DNA of 40,949 nucleotides from the NCBI GenBank assembly GCA_964604925.1, contig CAZSAZ010000001.1:1-40949 (forward strand), read 5' to 3'. This document shows positions 8,855-17,535 of the stretch, in pieces; position 1 is the stretch's first letter; each line of letters opens with the position of its first letter. The translations under genes and the position numbers were made by a program. Source of the stretch: an uncultured Oscillospiraceae bacterium. Lineage in GTDB: Bacteria; Bacillota; Clostridia; Oscillospirales; Oscillospiraceae. A model generated the notes under the pieces. It did no database searches and was not told where the DNA came from. It saw only the letters and a program-made list of their open reading frames with translations.

Positions 8855-9643
8855 ATGGCAAGACCCCAGCGTGCCCGGCGCATTTGCCAGGAGCCGGAGT
8901 ATGCCTTCTTCCATCCGGAAGGGGTATCGATGGCGGAACCGGTGGATCTGAGCTGCGGCGAATTTGAGGCCATACGTCTCATTGACCTGATGGGACTGAC
9001 CCATGAGCAATGCGCCCAGCGGATGGATGTGTCCAGAACCACGGTCACGGAGATCTACGAAAGTGCCCGGGGAAAAATCGCGGAAGCTCTGGTTCATGGG
9101 CGAAGCCTGTCCATTGGCGGGGGAAACTACCGTCTGTGCCAAGGGGAGGGCCGCTGCGGCGGCTGCACCCGGCAGGAATCACCCTCCCCAATCGTTCCAC
9201 AACCGAAAGGAGAAACCATCATGAGAATTGCAGTTACCTACGACAACGGCGCTATTTTCCAGCATTTTGGCCACACCGAGCAGTTTAAGGTTTATGACGT
9301 GGAGGATGGCAAAGTCCTCTCTGCCCAGATCGTGGACACCAATGGCAAGGGCCATGGTGCCCTGGCAGGCTTTTTGTTCCACGGCGGTGTGGATGTGCTG
9401 ATTTGTGGCGGTATCGGTGGCGGCGCGATCAATGCTCTGGCCAATGCAGGCATCGACCTTTACCCCGGAATTGAGGGAAGCGCAGATATGGCTGTCATGC
9501 AGTATTTGGCAGGTGTTCTGCCCAAGCGCACCGACGTTCGGTGCAGCCACCACGATCAGGAGCATGGAGAAGGCCACGATTGTGGCGACCATGGCTGCGG
9601 AGGCCATGAAGGTCACGGATGTGGCGGACATAGCTGCCACTAA
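8855..9643 (+). CDS. DUF134 (UPF0251) HTH domain fused to NifB/NifX-family domain with His/Cys-rich tail
   Basis: MARP..R; EFEAIRLIDLMGLTHEQCAQRMDVSRTT...ARGKIAEALVHG...GGNY (DUF134); then MRIAV...FQHFGHTEQF...LICGGIGGGA (NifB/NifX). SD GAGGAGG before ATG 8855. Confidence 0.88.
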   Translation: MARPQRARRICQEPEYAFFHPEGVSMAEPVDLSCGEFEAIRLIDLMGLTHEQCAQRMDVSRTTVTEIYESARGKIAEALVHGRSLSIGGGNYRLCQGEGRCGGCTRQESPSPIVPQPKGETIMRIAVTYDNGAIFQHFGHTEQFKVYDVEDGKVLSAQIVDTNGKGHGALAGFLFHGGVDVLICGGIGGGAINALANAGIDLYPGIEGSADMAVMQYLAGVLPKRTDVRCSHHDQEHGEGHDCGDHGCGGHEGHGCGGHSCH

Positions 9644-9653
9644 GGAGGAGACC

Positions 9654-9965
9654 ATGGCAGAGAAAATCATTACCAAGGAGAATTTCCGGACAGAGGTGTT
9701 GGAAAGCCCGGTTCCGGTGATTCTGGATTTCTGGGCGACCTGGTGTGGCCCCTGTCGGATGATTGCCCCTGTGCTGGAGCAAATCGCCCGGGAGGAGGAA
9801 GGGAGACTCACCATTGGCAAGGTAAATGTGGACGAGCAGATGGATCTGGCGACCCAATTTGGGATCACCGCCATCCCCACCCTTGTGGCCTTCCGGGACG
9901 GCCATCAGATCGGCCAGTCCATGGGCCTTCAGTCCAAAGAGGAAATTTTGTCCCTGGTGAAATAA
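9654..9965 (+). CDS. trxA: Thioredoxin
   Basis: DFWATWCGPCRMIAP active site, 103 aa, SD AAGGAGG. Confidence 0.95.
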   Translation: MAEKIITKENFRTEVLESPVPVILDFWATWCGPCRMIAPVLEQIAREEEGRLTIGKVNVDEQMDLATQFGITAIPTLVAFRDGHQIGQSMGLQSKEEILSLVK

Positions 9966-9968
9966 GAA

Positions 9969-10001
9969 AAAACACCTGTCCGGCCTTTGGACAGGTGTTT
10001 T
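9969..10001 (+). terminator. Intrinsic terminator
   Basis: AAAACACCTGTCC-loop-GGACAGGTGTTTT. Confidence 0.8.
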
Positions 10002-10076
10002 GACTTGCAAATGGCCCCATCCCAGGGGTATAATGAAAAGAAAAATCGGCTTGGCCGACGGTCAGGAGGAACCTAT

Positions 10077-11438
10077 ATGACCCAATCCCAAATCGCTGCG
10101 GTGGTAAAGCGGCAGCGTGATTTTTATGCCACCGGTGCCACCGCTTCTGTGGACTTCCGCATGGATGCCTTGAGGCGGTTGGAACGTCTGGTGAAGGAGC
10201 ACCAAGGGGAATTTGCCCAGGCTCTGGCACAGGATCTGGGGAAGGAGGCTTCCGAGGCATATTTCTGCGAAACGGGAATGGTGTTGTCGGAAATCCGTTG
10301 GCTTCGCAAGCATCTCCGGCGTTTGTGCCGGGATCGGCGGGTGCCCACACCATTGGTGCAGTTTCCTGCCCGGAGCTATCAGCGCCCCAGTCCCTTGGGG
10401 GTATGTTTGGTGATGAGCCCCTGGAACTATCCGGTGATGTTGGCGTTGGAGCCTGTGGCAGATGCCATCGCCGGAGGAAATACCATGGTACTCAAGCCCA
10501 GTGCCTATAGCCCGGCCACCAGTGCCTTGCTGAAAAAGCTGCTGGAGGAGGCCTTTCCACCTGAGTATCTGACGGTGATTCCCGGGGGACGGGAGGAAAA
10601 CCAAGCCCTGTTGGAGGAGCACTTCGATCATATCTTCTTCACTGGCAGCAAACGGGTGGGCAAACTGGTCATGGAGAAGGCAGCGGCGCATTTGACACCA
10701 GTGACCTTGGAACTGGGAGGGAAGAGTCCCTGTATCGTCCATCCATCGGCGGATTTGGCCTTGGCAGCCCGGCGGATCGTCTTTGGAAAGTTTCTCAACT
10801 GCGGCCAGACCTGTGTGGCACCGGACTATGTGTTGTGCCATCGTTCCATCCAAAAGCCACTGCTGGAGGCGTTGAAGGAAGAGATCCAGCGGCAATATCC
10901 CCAGTGCCCGGGGAAGATCATCTCGGAAAAGCACTTTCACCGGCTGTGCCGGCTGATTGACCAGGAGAAAGTAGTTTGGGGTGGAGCTTGGGAGGAAGAA
11001 AGCCTCCGGATCCAGCCCACCATTCTCAGTGGGGTGTCCTGGGAAGATCCGGTGATGGAGGAGGAAATCTTCGGGCCGATTTTGCCGGTGCTGACCTATG
11101 AAACGGTGGAGGAGGTCATTTCCCAGGTGAATACCCGGGAAAAGCCTCTGGCGCTGTACTGCTTTGCCGGGGACAAAAAGGTGGCAGACTGGATAATGAC
11201 CCGCTGCGCCTTCGGTGGTGGCTGTGTCAACGATACCATCATCCATCTGGCCACCAGTGCCATGGGCTTTGGCGGCGTGGGAGAAAGTGGCATGGGAGCT
11301 TACCACGGAAAAGCGGGATTCGACACCTTCACCCACAGAAAAAGTGTGGTGGACAAGAAAACCTGGCTGGATCTGCCGATGCGCTATCGACCCTATGAAC
11401 CATGGAAGGATCGTATTATTCGACTGTTTTTGAGATAA
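10077..11438 (+). CDS. Aldehyde dehydrogenase (ALDH3 / YwdH-like)
   Basis: SPWNYP, FFTGS, TLELGGKSP, catalytic GQTCVAPDY, EEIFGP and FGGVGESGMGAYHG; SD AGGAGG before ATG 10077. Confidence 0.95.
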   Translation: MTQSQIAAVVKRQRDFYATGATASVDFRMDALRRLERLVKEHQGEFAQALAQDLGKEASEAYFCETGMVLSEIRWLRKHLRRLCRDRRVPTPLVQFPARSYQRPSPLGVCLVMSPWNYPVMLALEPVADAIAGGNTMVLKPSAYSPATSALLKKLLEEAFPPEYLTVIPGGREENQALLEEHFDHIFFTGSKRVGKLVMEKAAAHLTPVTLELGGKSPCIVHPSADLALAARRIVFGKFLNCGQTCVAPDYVLCHRSIQKPLLEALKEEIQRQYPQCPGKIISEKHFHRLCRLIDQEKVVWGGAWEEESLRIQPTILSGVSWEDPVMEEEIFGPILPVLTYETVEEVISQVNTREKPLALYCFAGDKKVADWIMTRCAFGGGCVNDTIIHLATSAMGFGGVGESGMGAYHGKAGFDTFTHRKSVVDKKTWLDLPMRYRPYEPWKDRIIRLFLR

Positions 11439-11454
11439 AACCAGAATTTGGTAC

Positions 11455-11487
11455 CAACCCGGTGGAGTTTTCGACTCCACCGGGTTG
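11455..11487 (+). terminator. Terminator hairpin after the ALDH gene
   Basis: CAACCCGGTGGAGT-tttcg-ACTCCACCGGGTTG, a 14-bp stem with a weak U tail. Confidence 0.7.
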
Positions 11488-11506
11488 CGCTTTATGGTTT
11501 TACCGG

Positions 11507-11535
11507 TTGCATTTCCGGGATAGATGGAGTATAAT
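11507..11535 (+). promoter_or_regulatory. Sigma-A promoter of the glycopolymer operon
   Basis: TTGCAT-17 bp-TATAAT. Confidence 0.7.
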
Positions 11536-11702
11536 GGTATGCGTAATGCTGTATTTTCTAACGTTTTTGAAAATACGGTTTTTGCCGGGGTTCTAACCGG
11601 CTTCCATCGAAAACCATTGTTCTCCGGGATGTTTCCCGGGAACCCACCATACCCCCAAAACATACAAGGGGAATCACAAGAACGAGAGGTTGATTGATTT
11701 TG

Positions 11703-12908
11703 ATGAACATTCCCTTTTCCCCTCCTGATATCACCGATGAGGAGGTGGCAGAGGTAACCCAGGCGTTGCGCTCCGGCTGGATCACCACTGGCCCGAAAAC
11801 AAAGGAGCTGGAACGTCAGGTGGCAGAATTCTGCCATACCAACCGGGCGGTGTGCCTGAATTCCCAGACGGCCTGCGCTGAGATGGCCCTTCATGTGCTG
11901 GGAGTAGGCCCCGGTGATGAGGTCATTGTTCCGGCCTATACCTACACCGCTTCCGCTTCCGTTGTTTACCATGTGGGAGCGAAGATCGTACTGGTGGATT
12001 GCCAGCCCAATTCTCTGGAAATGGACTACGATCAGATGGCTCAGGCCATTACGGAGCGCACCAAGGCGGTGATCCCAGTGGACATCGGCGGCGTGCCCTG
12101 TGATTATGAGAAGATCTATCAGATTGTGGAAGAAAAGAAGCACCTGTTCCAGCCCCATTCTGAGATTCAGCAGGCTTTGGGTCGGATTGCTGTCATGGCG
12201 GACACGGCTCATTCCTTCGGCGGAAGCCGCCATGGAAAGCCCACGGGATGCTTGGCGGACTTTTCCTCCTTCTCTTTCCACGCGGTGAAAAATTTCACCA
12301 CCGCTGAAGGCGGTGCGCTGACCTGGAATTCCATCCCCGGCATCGACGATGAGAAGATTTATAAGCAAATCCAGCTTTTGTCCCTCCATGGTCAGTCCAA
12401 GGACGCCTTGGCCAAGACCCAGTTGGGGGCATGGGAATATGATATTGTGGGCCCCTGGTATAAATGCAATATGACGGATATCGCTGCGGCCATGGGTCTG
12501 GCCCAGATGCGGCGGTATGCAGGGATGTTGGCCCGGAGAAAAGAGATCATCCGCCGCTATGATGAGGTACTCAAGCCCTTGGGTGTTGACGTACTGGATC
12601 ACTATACCCAGGATTACCAGTCCTCCGGCCATCTCTACCTCACCCGAGTCCCCGGCATTACCCCCGAGGAACGCAACGAGATCATCACCCAAATGGCTCA
12701 GCGGGGCATTGGATGCAACGTCCACTATAAGCCATTGCCGATGCACACGGCCTACAAGAACCTGGGATTTGACATCGGGGATTTCCCCAATGCCTATGCC
12801 CATTTTGCCAACGAGATCACCCTGCCGTTGCATACCTGCCTGACCGATGAGGAAGTGGAGTATGTGGCAGAAAACTATCGGCAGATTCTGAAAGCGTATT
12901 TGAAATGA
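11703..12908 (+). CDS. DegT/DnrJ/EryC1/StrS PLP aminotransferase, probable UDP-AATGal-forming (pneumococcal AatB / B. fragilis WcfR-like)
   Basis: NIPFSPPDI, GWITTGPKT, DTAHS, SFSFHAVKNFTTAEGG (PLP lysine) and the subfamily motif SLHGQSKDALAK...WEYDIV...YKCNMTDI. Confidence 0.9.
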   Translation: MNIPFSPPDITDEEVAEVTQALRSGWITTGPKTKELERQVAEFCHTNRAVCLNSQTACAEMALHVLGVGPGDEVIVPAYTYTASASVVYHVGAKIVLVDCQPNSLEMDYDQMAQAITERTKAVIPVDIGGVPCDYEKIYQIVEEKKHLFQPHSEIQQALGRIAVMADTAHSFGGSRHGKPTGCLADFSSFSFHAVKNFTTAEGGALTWNSIPGIDDEKIYKQIQLLSLHGQSKDALAKTQLGAWEYDIVGPWYKCNMTDIAAAMGLAQMRRYAGMLARRKEIIRRYDEVLKPLGVDVLDHYTQDYQSSGHLYLTRVPGITPEERNEIITQMAQRGIGCNVHYKPLPMHTAYKNLGFDIGDFPNAYAHFANEITLPLHTCLTDEEVEYVAENYRQILKAYLK

Positions 12909-13609
12909 TGTGGAAAAAGTGGGAAGACTTGCCAGAATTTCTCCAGCTGGAGGAAGTACGGCCTTATTATGATGCCCTGAACCGGAAACGGGGTAGCCTT
13001 CTGGCAAAGCGGATCTTTGATCTGTGTGTTTCCGGGATTATGCTGGTGGTGGCCAGCCCGATTTTCCTGGTTCTGGCCATTGCCATCAAGCTGGATTCTC
13101 CTGGCCCAGTGTTCTACCGTCAGGAGCGGGTGACCCAGTATGGTGCACATTTCCGGATTTTCAAATTCCGTACCATGGTCAGCAATGCGGATAAAATTGG
13201 TACGCAGGTGACCGTGGGCAATGACAGCCGGATTACCCGGATGGGAAAGCTCATTCGGAAGTGCCGGTTGGACGAGGTGAGCCAGCTTTTGGATATTTTC
13301 CGGGGTACCATGACCTTTGTGGGAACCCGGCCGGAAGTGCCCAAGTATGTGGCATCCTACACCCCCGAGATGTTGGCCACGCTGTTGCTGCCTGCCGGTG
13401 TCACCAGTCTGGCCAGTATTCGGTATAAAGACGAGGATCGGCTTCTGGAAGGAGCCCAGGATGTGGACAAAACCTATGTGGAGGAAGTTCTTCCAGGGAA
13501 GATGGCTTATAATTTGGATGCTATCCGGAATTTTAGCTTCTGGAGCGACATTGGAACCATGTTCCGTACCGTATGTGCGGTGCTGAAGAAAGAGGAGGCA
13601 GAGGTATGA
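12905..13609 (+). CDS. Priming undecaprenyl-phosphate sugar-1-phosphate transferase (pneumococcal Spr1655 / WcfS-like)
   Basis: KRIFD, FKFRTM, DSRIT, RLDE and FVGTRPEVP; the KWEDLP...EV..YY N-terminus matches the recalled streptococcal AATGal transferase; overlaps the upstream stop (ATGA). Confidence 0.9.
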   Translation: MMWKKWEDLPEFLQLEEVRPYYDALNRKRGSLLAKRIFDLCVSGIMLVVASPIFLVLAIAIKLDSPGPVFYRQERVTQYGAHFRIFKFRTMVSNADKIGTQVTVGNDSRITRMGKLIRKCRLDEVSQLLDIFRGTMTFVGTRPEVPKYVASYTPEMLATLLLPAGVTSLASIRYKDEDRLLEGAQDVDKTYVEEVLPGKMAYNLDAIRNFSFWSDIGTMFRTVCAVLKKEEAEV

Positions 13610-14622
13610 TTGTATCATTTGCCATTGTGGCCTATAATGAGGAAAAATCCCTGCCCCAATTGCTGAGGGATCTGGAAAATCAGGATTATCCCCATGAAAA
13701 AATCGAGGTACTCCTGATTGACAGTATGTCCACCGATGCCACCCGGCAGATTATGAATCAGTTCCGGGAGAAAGCAAAGGATTTTCTTCGGGTGGAAGTG
13801 CTGGAAAATCCGGGAAAGCAAATCCCCTGCGGCAACAATGTGGCCTTGGACCATTACCAGGGAGATGCGATCATTCGCATGGATGCCCATGCCTCCATGC
13901 CACCGGAGTTTATCCGGAAAAATGTGGAAGTGCTGGAAAGCGGAGAAGCGGCCAGTGGCGGCCGCCGGCCGAATATCATCGATGGGGACTCTCCCTGGAA
14001 GCGGATGATCCTGGCGGCAGAACAGTCCATGTTCGGCAGCAGTATTTCCTCCTCCCGCCGCTCCACCAAGCGGATGTATCCCAAGAGCATCTTCTGCGGA
14101 ATGTACCGCCGAGAGGTGTTTGACCGGGTGGGAAAGTACAATGAGCTACTGCCCCGGTCAGAGGACAACGACATCAATCAGCGGATTCGCCAGGCGGGGT
14201 ATCGTCTGTGCTATAGCCCGGATATTGTGTACTACCAGCATACCAGGGCTACGTTAAAGGGAATGTTGCGGCAAAAATACGGCAACGGTTACTGGATTGG
14301 AAAGACCATGGGCATTAACCCCAAGTGTTTTTCCATTTACCATTTTGTCCCACTGTGTTTTGTGATGGGTATTTTGGGAACCAGTCTGCTTTGGGCATTG
14401 GGCTATCCCTTGTTGGGAAAGCTGATGTGGGGGGCCTATGGCCTTCTGGTGATCTTTTGCACTGCAGTGGAGCTGGGGAAAAAGCCCTTTAATCCAGCCA
14501 ATTTCCTGTTGCCGGTGATGTTTCTGTTGCTCCATGTGAGCTATGGCGTAGGAACATTCATTGGCCTGATTGAAATGCCTTTTTGGGTGAAAAAGGTGAA
14601 AAAATCCCAAGAAAAGAGTTGA
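13606..14622 (+). CDS. Glycosyltransferase family 2 (ExoA-like) with C-terminal TM helices
   Basis: AYNEE, IDSMSTD, RMDAH, RSEDND, QKYGNGYW; ATG 13606 overlaps the upstream TGA. Confidence 0.88.
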   Translation: MIVSFAIVAYNEEKSLPQLLRDLENQDYPHEKIEVLLIDSMSTDATRQIMNQFREKAKDFLRVEVLENPGKQIPCGNNVALDHYQGDAIIRMDAHASMPPEFIRKNVEVLESGEAASGGRRPNIIDGDSPWKRMILAAEQSMFGSSISSSRRSTKRMYPKSIFCGMYRREVFDRVGKYNELLPRSEDNDINQRIRQAGYRLCYSPDIVYYQHTRATLKGMLRQKYGNGYWIGKTMGINPKCFSIYHFVPLCFVMGILGTSLLWALGYPLLGKLMWGAYGLLVIFCTAVELGKKPFNPANFLLPVMFLLLHVSYGVGTFIGLIEMPFWVKKVKKSQEKS

Positions 14623-14628
14623 TCTATT

Positions 14629-15489
14629 CTGTCTCAGTTTGAAATTCCCCAGGCAGAGGTTCGAAAAATGCAGATGGTGGGTCTGAATATGGCCCTGATG
14701 TTTGATGAATTCTGTCGGGAGCACGGCTTGACCTATTTCCTGTGTGGCGGATGCTGCATTGGGGCCATCCGCAATGGAGGCTTTATCCCTTGGGATGACG
14801 ATGTGGATGTGTTCATGCCTCGGCCGGACTATGAAAAGCTCAAGGAGCTTTGGGTAGATACCCCGGCATATTCCATTCAGTATCCCAATGAAACCCGGGG
14901 TACGGAGAACCAGTTTTTGACCATCTGCGACAACAACACCACCTTCATCAAAACCTACCAGAAGAATCTGGACATCAACCATGGGGTGGTGCTGGATGTG
15001 TTGCCCCTGGATGGGTGTCCCACCGGTTGGCGGCGCAAGACCCAGAAATTGTGGGCACTGGCCTACTCCCTGTTTGTGGTGGGAAAGGCTCCGGAAAACC
15101 ACGGCAAGGTAGTTTATGGACTGGGCAAACTGGCACTGGGTTTGGTTCCGGGGCAGAAAGCCCGGTATCGTCTGTGGCGTTTGTGTGAACGGAAAATGTC
15201 CCAGTACCCCATTTCGGAGTGCTCGTTGATTACGGAGTTGTGTTCCGGCCCCCATTATATGCAAAATGAGTACCCCCGGGAGATCTTCGACCAGGCGGTG
15301 CGGGCAAACTTTGAAGGGCATATGCTACCCATCCCCAAGGGGTATGATGCCTATTTGACCATGGCATTTGGAGACTATATGGCACTGCCCCCTGAGGAAA
15401 AGCGGGTGTGCCACCATGAGTATGAATTTATGGATATGGAACATAGCTATCAAACATACCGTGGGATTTATTACTGTGTGAAAGACTAA
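14629..15489 (+). CDS. LicD-family phosphotransferase, LicD3-like (probable ribitol-5-phosphate transferase)
   Basis: GGCCIGAIRNGGFIPWDDDVDVFMPRPDY, LDVLPLD, ITELCSGP.YM.N.YP and PKGYDAYL..AFGDYM..PP. Start uncertain: CTG 14629 or ATG 14668. Confidence 0.88.
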   Translation: MSQFEIPQAEVRKMQMVGLNMALMFDEFCREHGLTYFLCGGCCIGAIRNGGFIPWDDDVDVFMPRPDYEKLKELWVDTPAYSIQYPNETRGTENQFLTICDNNTTFIKTYQKNLDINHGVVLDVLPLDGCPTGWRRKTQKLWALAYSLFVVGKAPENHGKVVYGLGKLALGLVPGQKARYRLWRLCERKMSQYPISECSLITELCSGPHYMQNEYPREIFDQAVRANFEGHMLPIPKGYDAYLTMAFGDYMALPPEEKRVCHHEYEFMDMEHSYQTYRGIYYCVKD

Positions 15490-15503
15490 GGGAGGACGGC
15501 AGG

Positions 15504-16481
15504 ATGGTCAGTTTTATTGTTCCGGTATATCGCTGTGAAGATTCCCTTCGCCGGTGTGCCGAAAGCATTCTTGGCCAGACCTACGGGGATTTGGAGCTGA
15601 TTTTGGTGGATGACGGTTCCCCTGATGGTAGCGGAGCGTTGTGTGACCGCTTGGCCCAGGAGGACAGCCGGGTGCGGGTGATTCACAAAGAAAACGGTGG
15701 CCCCAGCAGTGCCCGGAACCGGGGACTGGAAGAAGCCCGGGGGACATACGTCCAATTTGTGGACAGTGACGACTATATCGATCCGGACATGACCCAGCGC
15801 ATGGTTCAGCGAATGGAGCAGGAGCAGGTGCAGTTGGTGGTTTGTGGCCTGGTACTGACCCACCCTGACGGGGAGGAGCCTCGAGCCTATCCAGACATTC
15901 CCCGGCTGAAGGTGGAGCAGATGGCGTATCAAATCCCGGATTTCTTCCACAGTGGATTTCCCAATTCTCCCTGTACCAAATTGTATCGGCGGGAATATTT
16001 GAATCACCGATTTGACGAAACCATGCGGTTTGGTGAGGATTTGATGTTCAACCTGGGGTATTTCCGGAATATCCAGGTGTTGTCGGTGATGGATTTTTGC
16101 CCTCTGCATTATGTGGTGGACAATCCCAATTCCATCACTGGAAAGGCGGGAACCTACCGGGTGACAGATACCTTGCGGTATTATGGAGCCGGTGTAGCCT
16201 TTTATCGGGAACTGGGAAATGAGGATGTTGTGCCCCAGTTCCGCCGGGAGGGAGCTCTGACCTTGTTTTATGCGGTGATGGAGATTCTTCCGGCTCAGGA
16301 TGTGCCAGAAAAGGACAAGCGTACGTTGGTGAAGCACCAACTTCGGAATCAGACAGCCCGGGAAATCTTGGCAGATGACCCGATGCTGGCTGTCCGGCAT
16401 CGGGTGAGCTTCTGTCTCATGCGCCACGGGTGCATGACTGGACTGAAGATTCTGGCCCGGATTTATCAAAAACGAATATGA
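15504..16481 (+). CDS. Glycosyltransferase family 2
   Basis: SFIVPVY, LVDDGSPDGS, NGGPSSARNRGL, FVDSDD, GEDLMFN. Confidence 0.92.
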   Translation: MVSFIVPVYRCEDSLRRCAESILGQTYGDLELILVDDGSPDGSGALCDRLAQEDSRVRVIHKENGGPSSARNRGLEEARGTYVQFVDSDDYIDPDMTQRMVQRMEQEQVQLVVCGLVLTHPDGEEPRAYPDIPRLKVEQMAYQIPDFFHSGFPNSPCTKLYRREYLNHRFDETMRFGEDLMFNLGYFRNIQVLSVMDFCPLHYVVDNPNSITGKAGTYRVTDTLRYYGAGVAFYRELGNEDVVPQFRREGALTLFYAVMEILPAQDVPEKDKRTLVKHQLRNQTAREILADDPMLAVRHRVSFCLMRHGCMTGLKILARIYQKRI

Positions 16482-16531
16482 TCCCCCGGAGCACCTTGAC
16501 CCGGTGAGGGGGAACGTTAGGAGGAATGACC

Positions 16532-17515
16532 ATGGGTGTACCCGAAATATCTGTGATCGTCCCGGTGTACCAGGTGGAACCCTATTTGGAGCGGTGTGTT
16601 CAGTCTGTGCGGAACCAAACCTTCCGGGATTTTGAGCTGATTTTGGTGGACGATGAGTCTCCAGATCGGTGCGGAGAAATGTGTGATGCCTTTGCCCGGC
16701 AGGATGATCGGATTCGTGTGCTGCACAAGAAAAACGATGGATTAAGCGAAGCGAGAAATGCGGGAATGGATCTGGCTCGGGGTAGATATGTGTGCTTTGT
16801 GGACAGCGATGATTTCATCGATCCGGAAATGCTCCAGGTGCTGCACGACTTAGCGCAGAAGCATCGGGTCGAGATTGCCATTTGTGGAGTACGGGATTGC
16901 TACGAAGGGGGCGTGTATGAACAGGATCCGGTTGAGGAAGAACTGGTAATTTCTGGCGTGGAGGCCCTAGGATTGACGCTGGAGGGAAAGAAGCTCCCGG
17001 GTTCCGTGTGTACCAAGCTCATCCTTCGGGAACTGGCTCAGAAAAACCGGTTTTTGAAAGGGCGCACCTATGAGGACGCCTTTTACACCCCTCAGTTGTT
17101 GCTGGGGGCAAAAGTGGTGGCTGCCACGACCCGGTCATTGTATTCCTATTGGCATCGGGCAGACAGCATTACCACCCATCCCTTTCGGGAGCAGAACATG
17201 GATGTGATTGATGCCTACGCCTACACCCTGGAGCAGGTGATGAAATATTGCCCTGAGTTGGAGGATGTGGCTCGTTTCCGGCTGTATTGGGCCCACTTTG
17301 TGGTGTTGGATAAGATCCTGCTGACTGGCCGGGCGGAGGAGATTGCCCAATATTCCCAGATCAAGGCCTATTTGAAGAAGCATTGGTACGATGTGTTGCA
17401 TTGCGGCTATTTTACCAAGGAGCGGCGTCTGGGTGTGGTGGCATTAAAGCTCCATGTGGGGCTTTACCGGATTCTGGTGCTGTGGCAGCAAAAACGACTG
17501 GAGATTCACGGATGA
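16532..17515 (+). CDS. Glycosyltransferase family 2
   Basis: ISVIVPVY, LVDDESPD, GLSEARNAG, FVDSDD, YEDAF; alternative ATG at 16526. Confidence 0.92.
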   Translation: MGVPEISVIVPVYQVEPYLERCVQSVRNQTFRDFELILVDDESPDRCGEMCDAFARQDDRIRVLHKKNDGLSEARNAGMDLARGRYVCFVDSDDFIDPEMLQVLHDLAQKHRVEIAICGVRDCYEGGVYEQDPVEEELVISGVEALGLTLEGKKLPGSVCTKLILRELAQKNRFLKGRTYEDAFYTPQLLLGAKVVAATTRSLYSYWHRADSITTHPFREQNMDVIDAYAYTLEQVMKYCPELEDVARFRLYWAHFVVLDKILLTGRAEEIAQYSQIKAYLKKHWYDVLHCGYFTKERRLGVVALKLHVGLYRILVLWQQKRLEIHG

Positions 17516-17535
17516 CAAGGAGTGGGGGAAATAAG

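Noticed and set aside
8855-9643. Evidence for nitrogen fixation
   Set aside because: NifB/NifX-family domains are widespread in non-diazotrophs, and no nifHDK or radical-SAM NifB domain is present in the window.
10062-13007. 981-aa minus-strand ORF
   Set aside because: Antisense shadow of the ALDH and aminotransferase genes, which share a frame; it runs through a terminator and a promoter and has no domain signal.
14620-14622. Selenocysteine recoding of the in-frame TGA between GT2 and licD
   Set aside because: The position is a non-catalytic linker, no convincing SECIS hairpin follows, and neither family is known as a selenoprotein.
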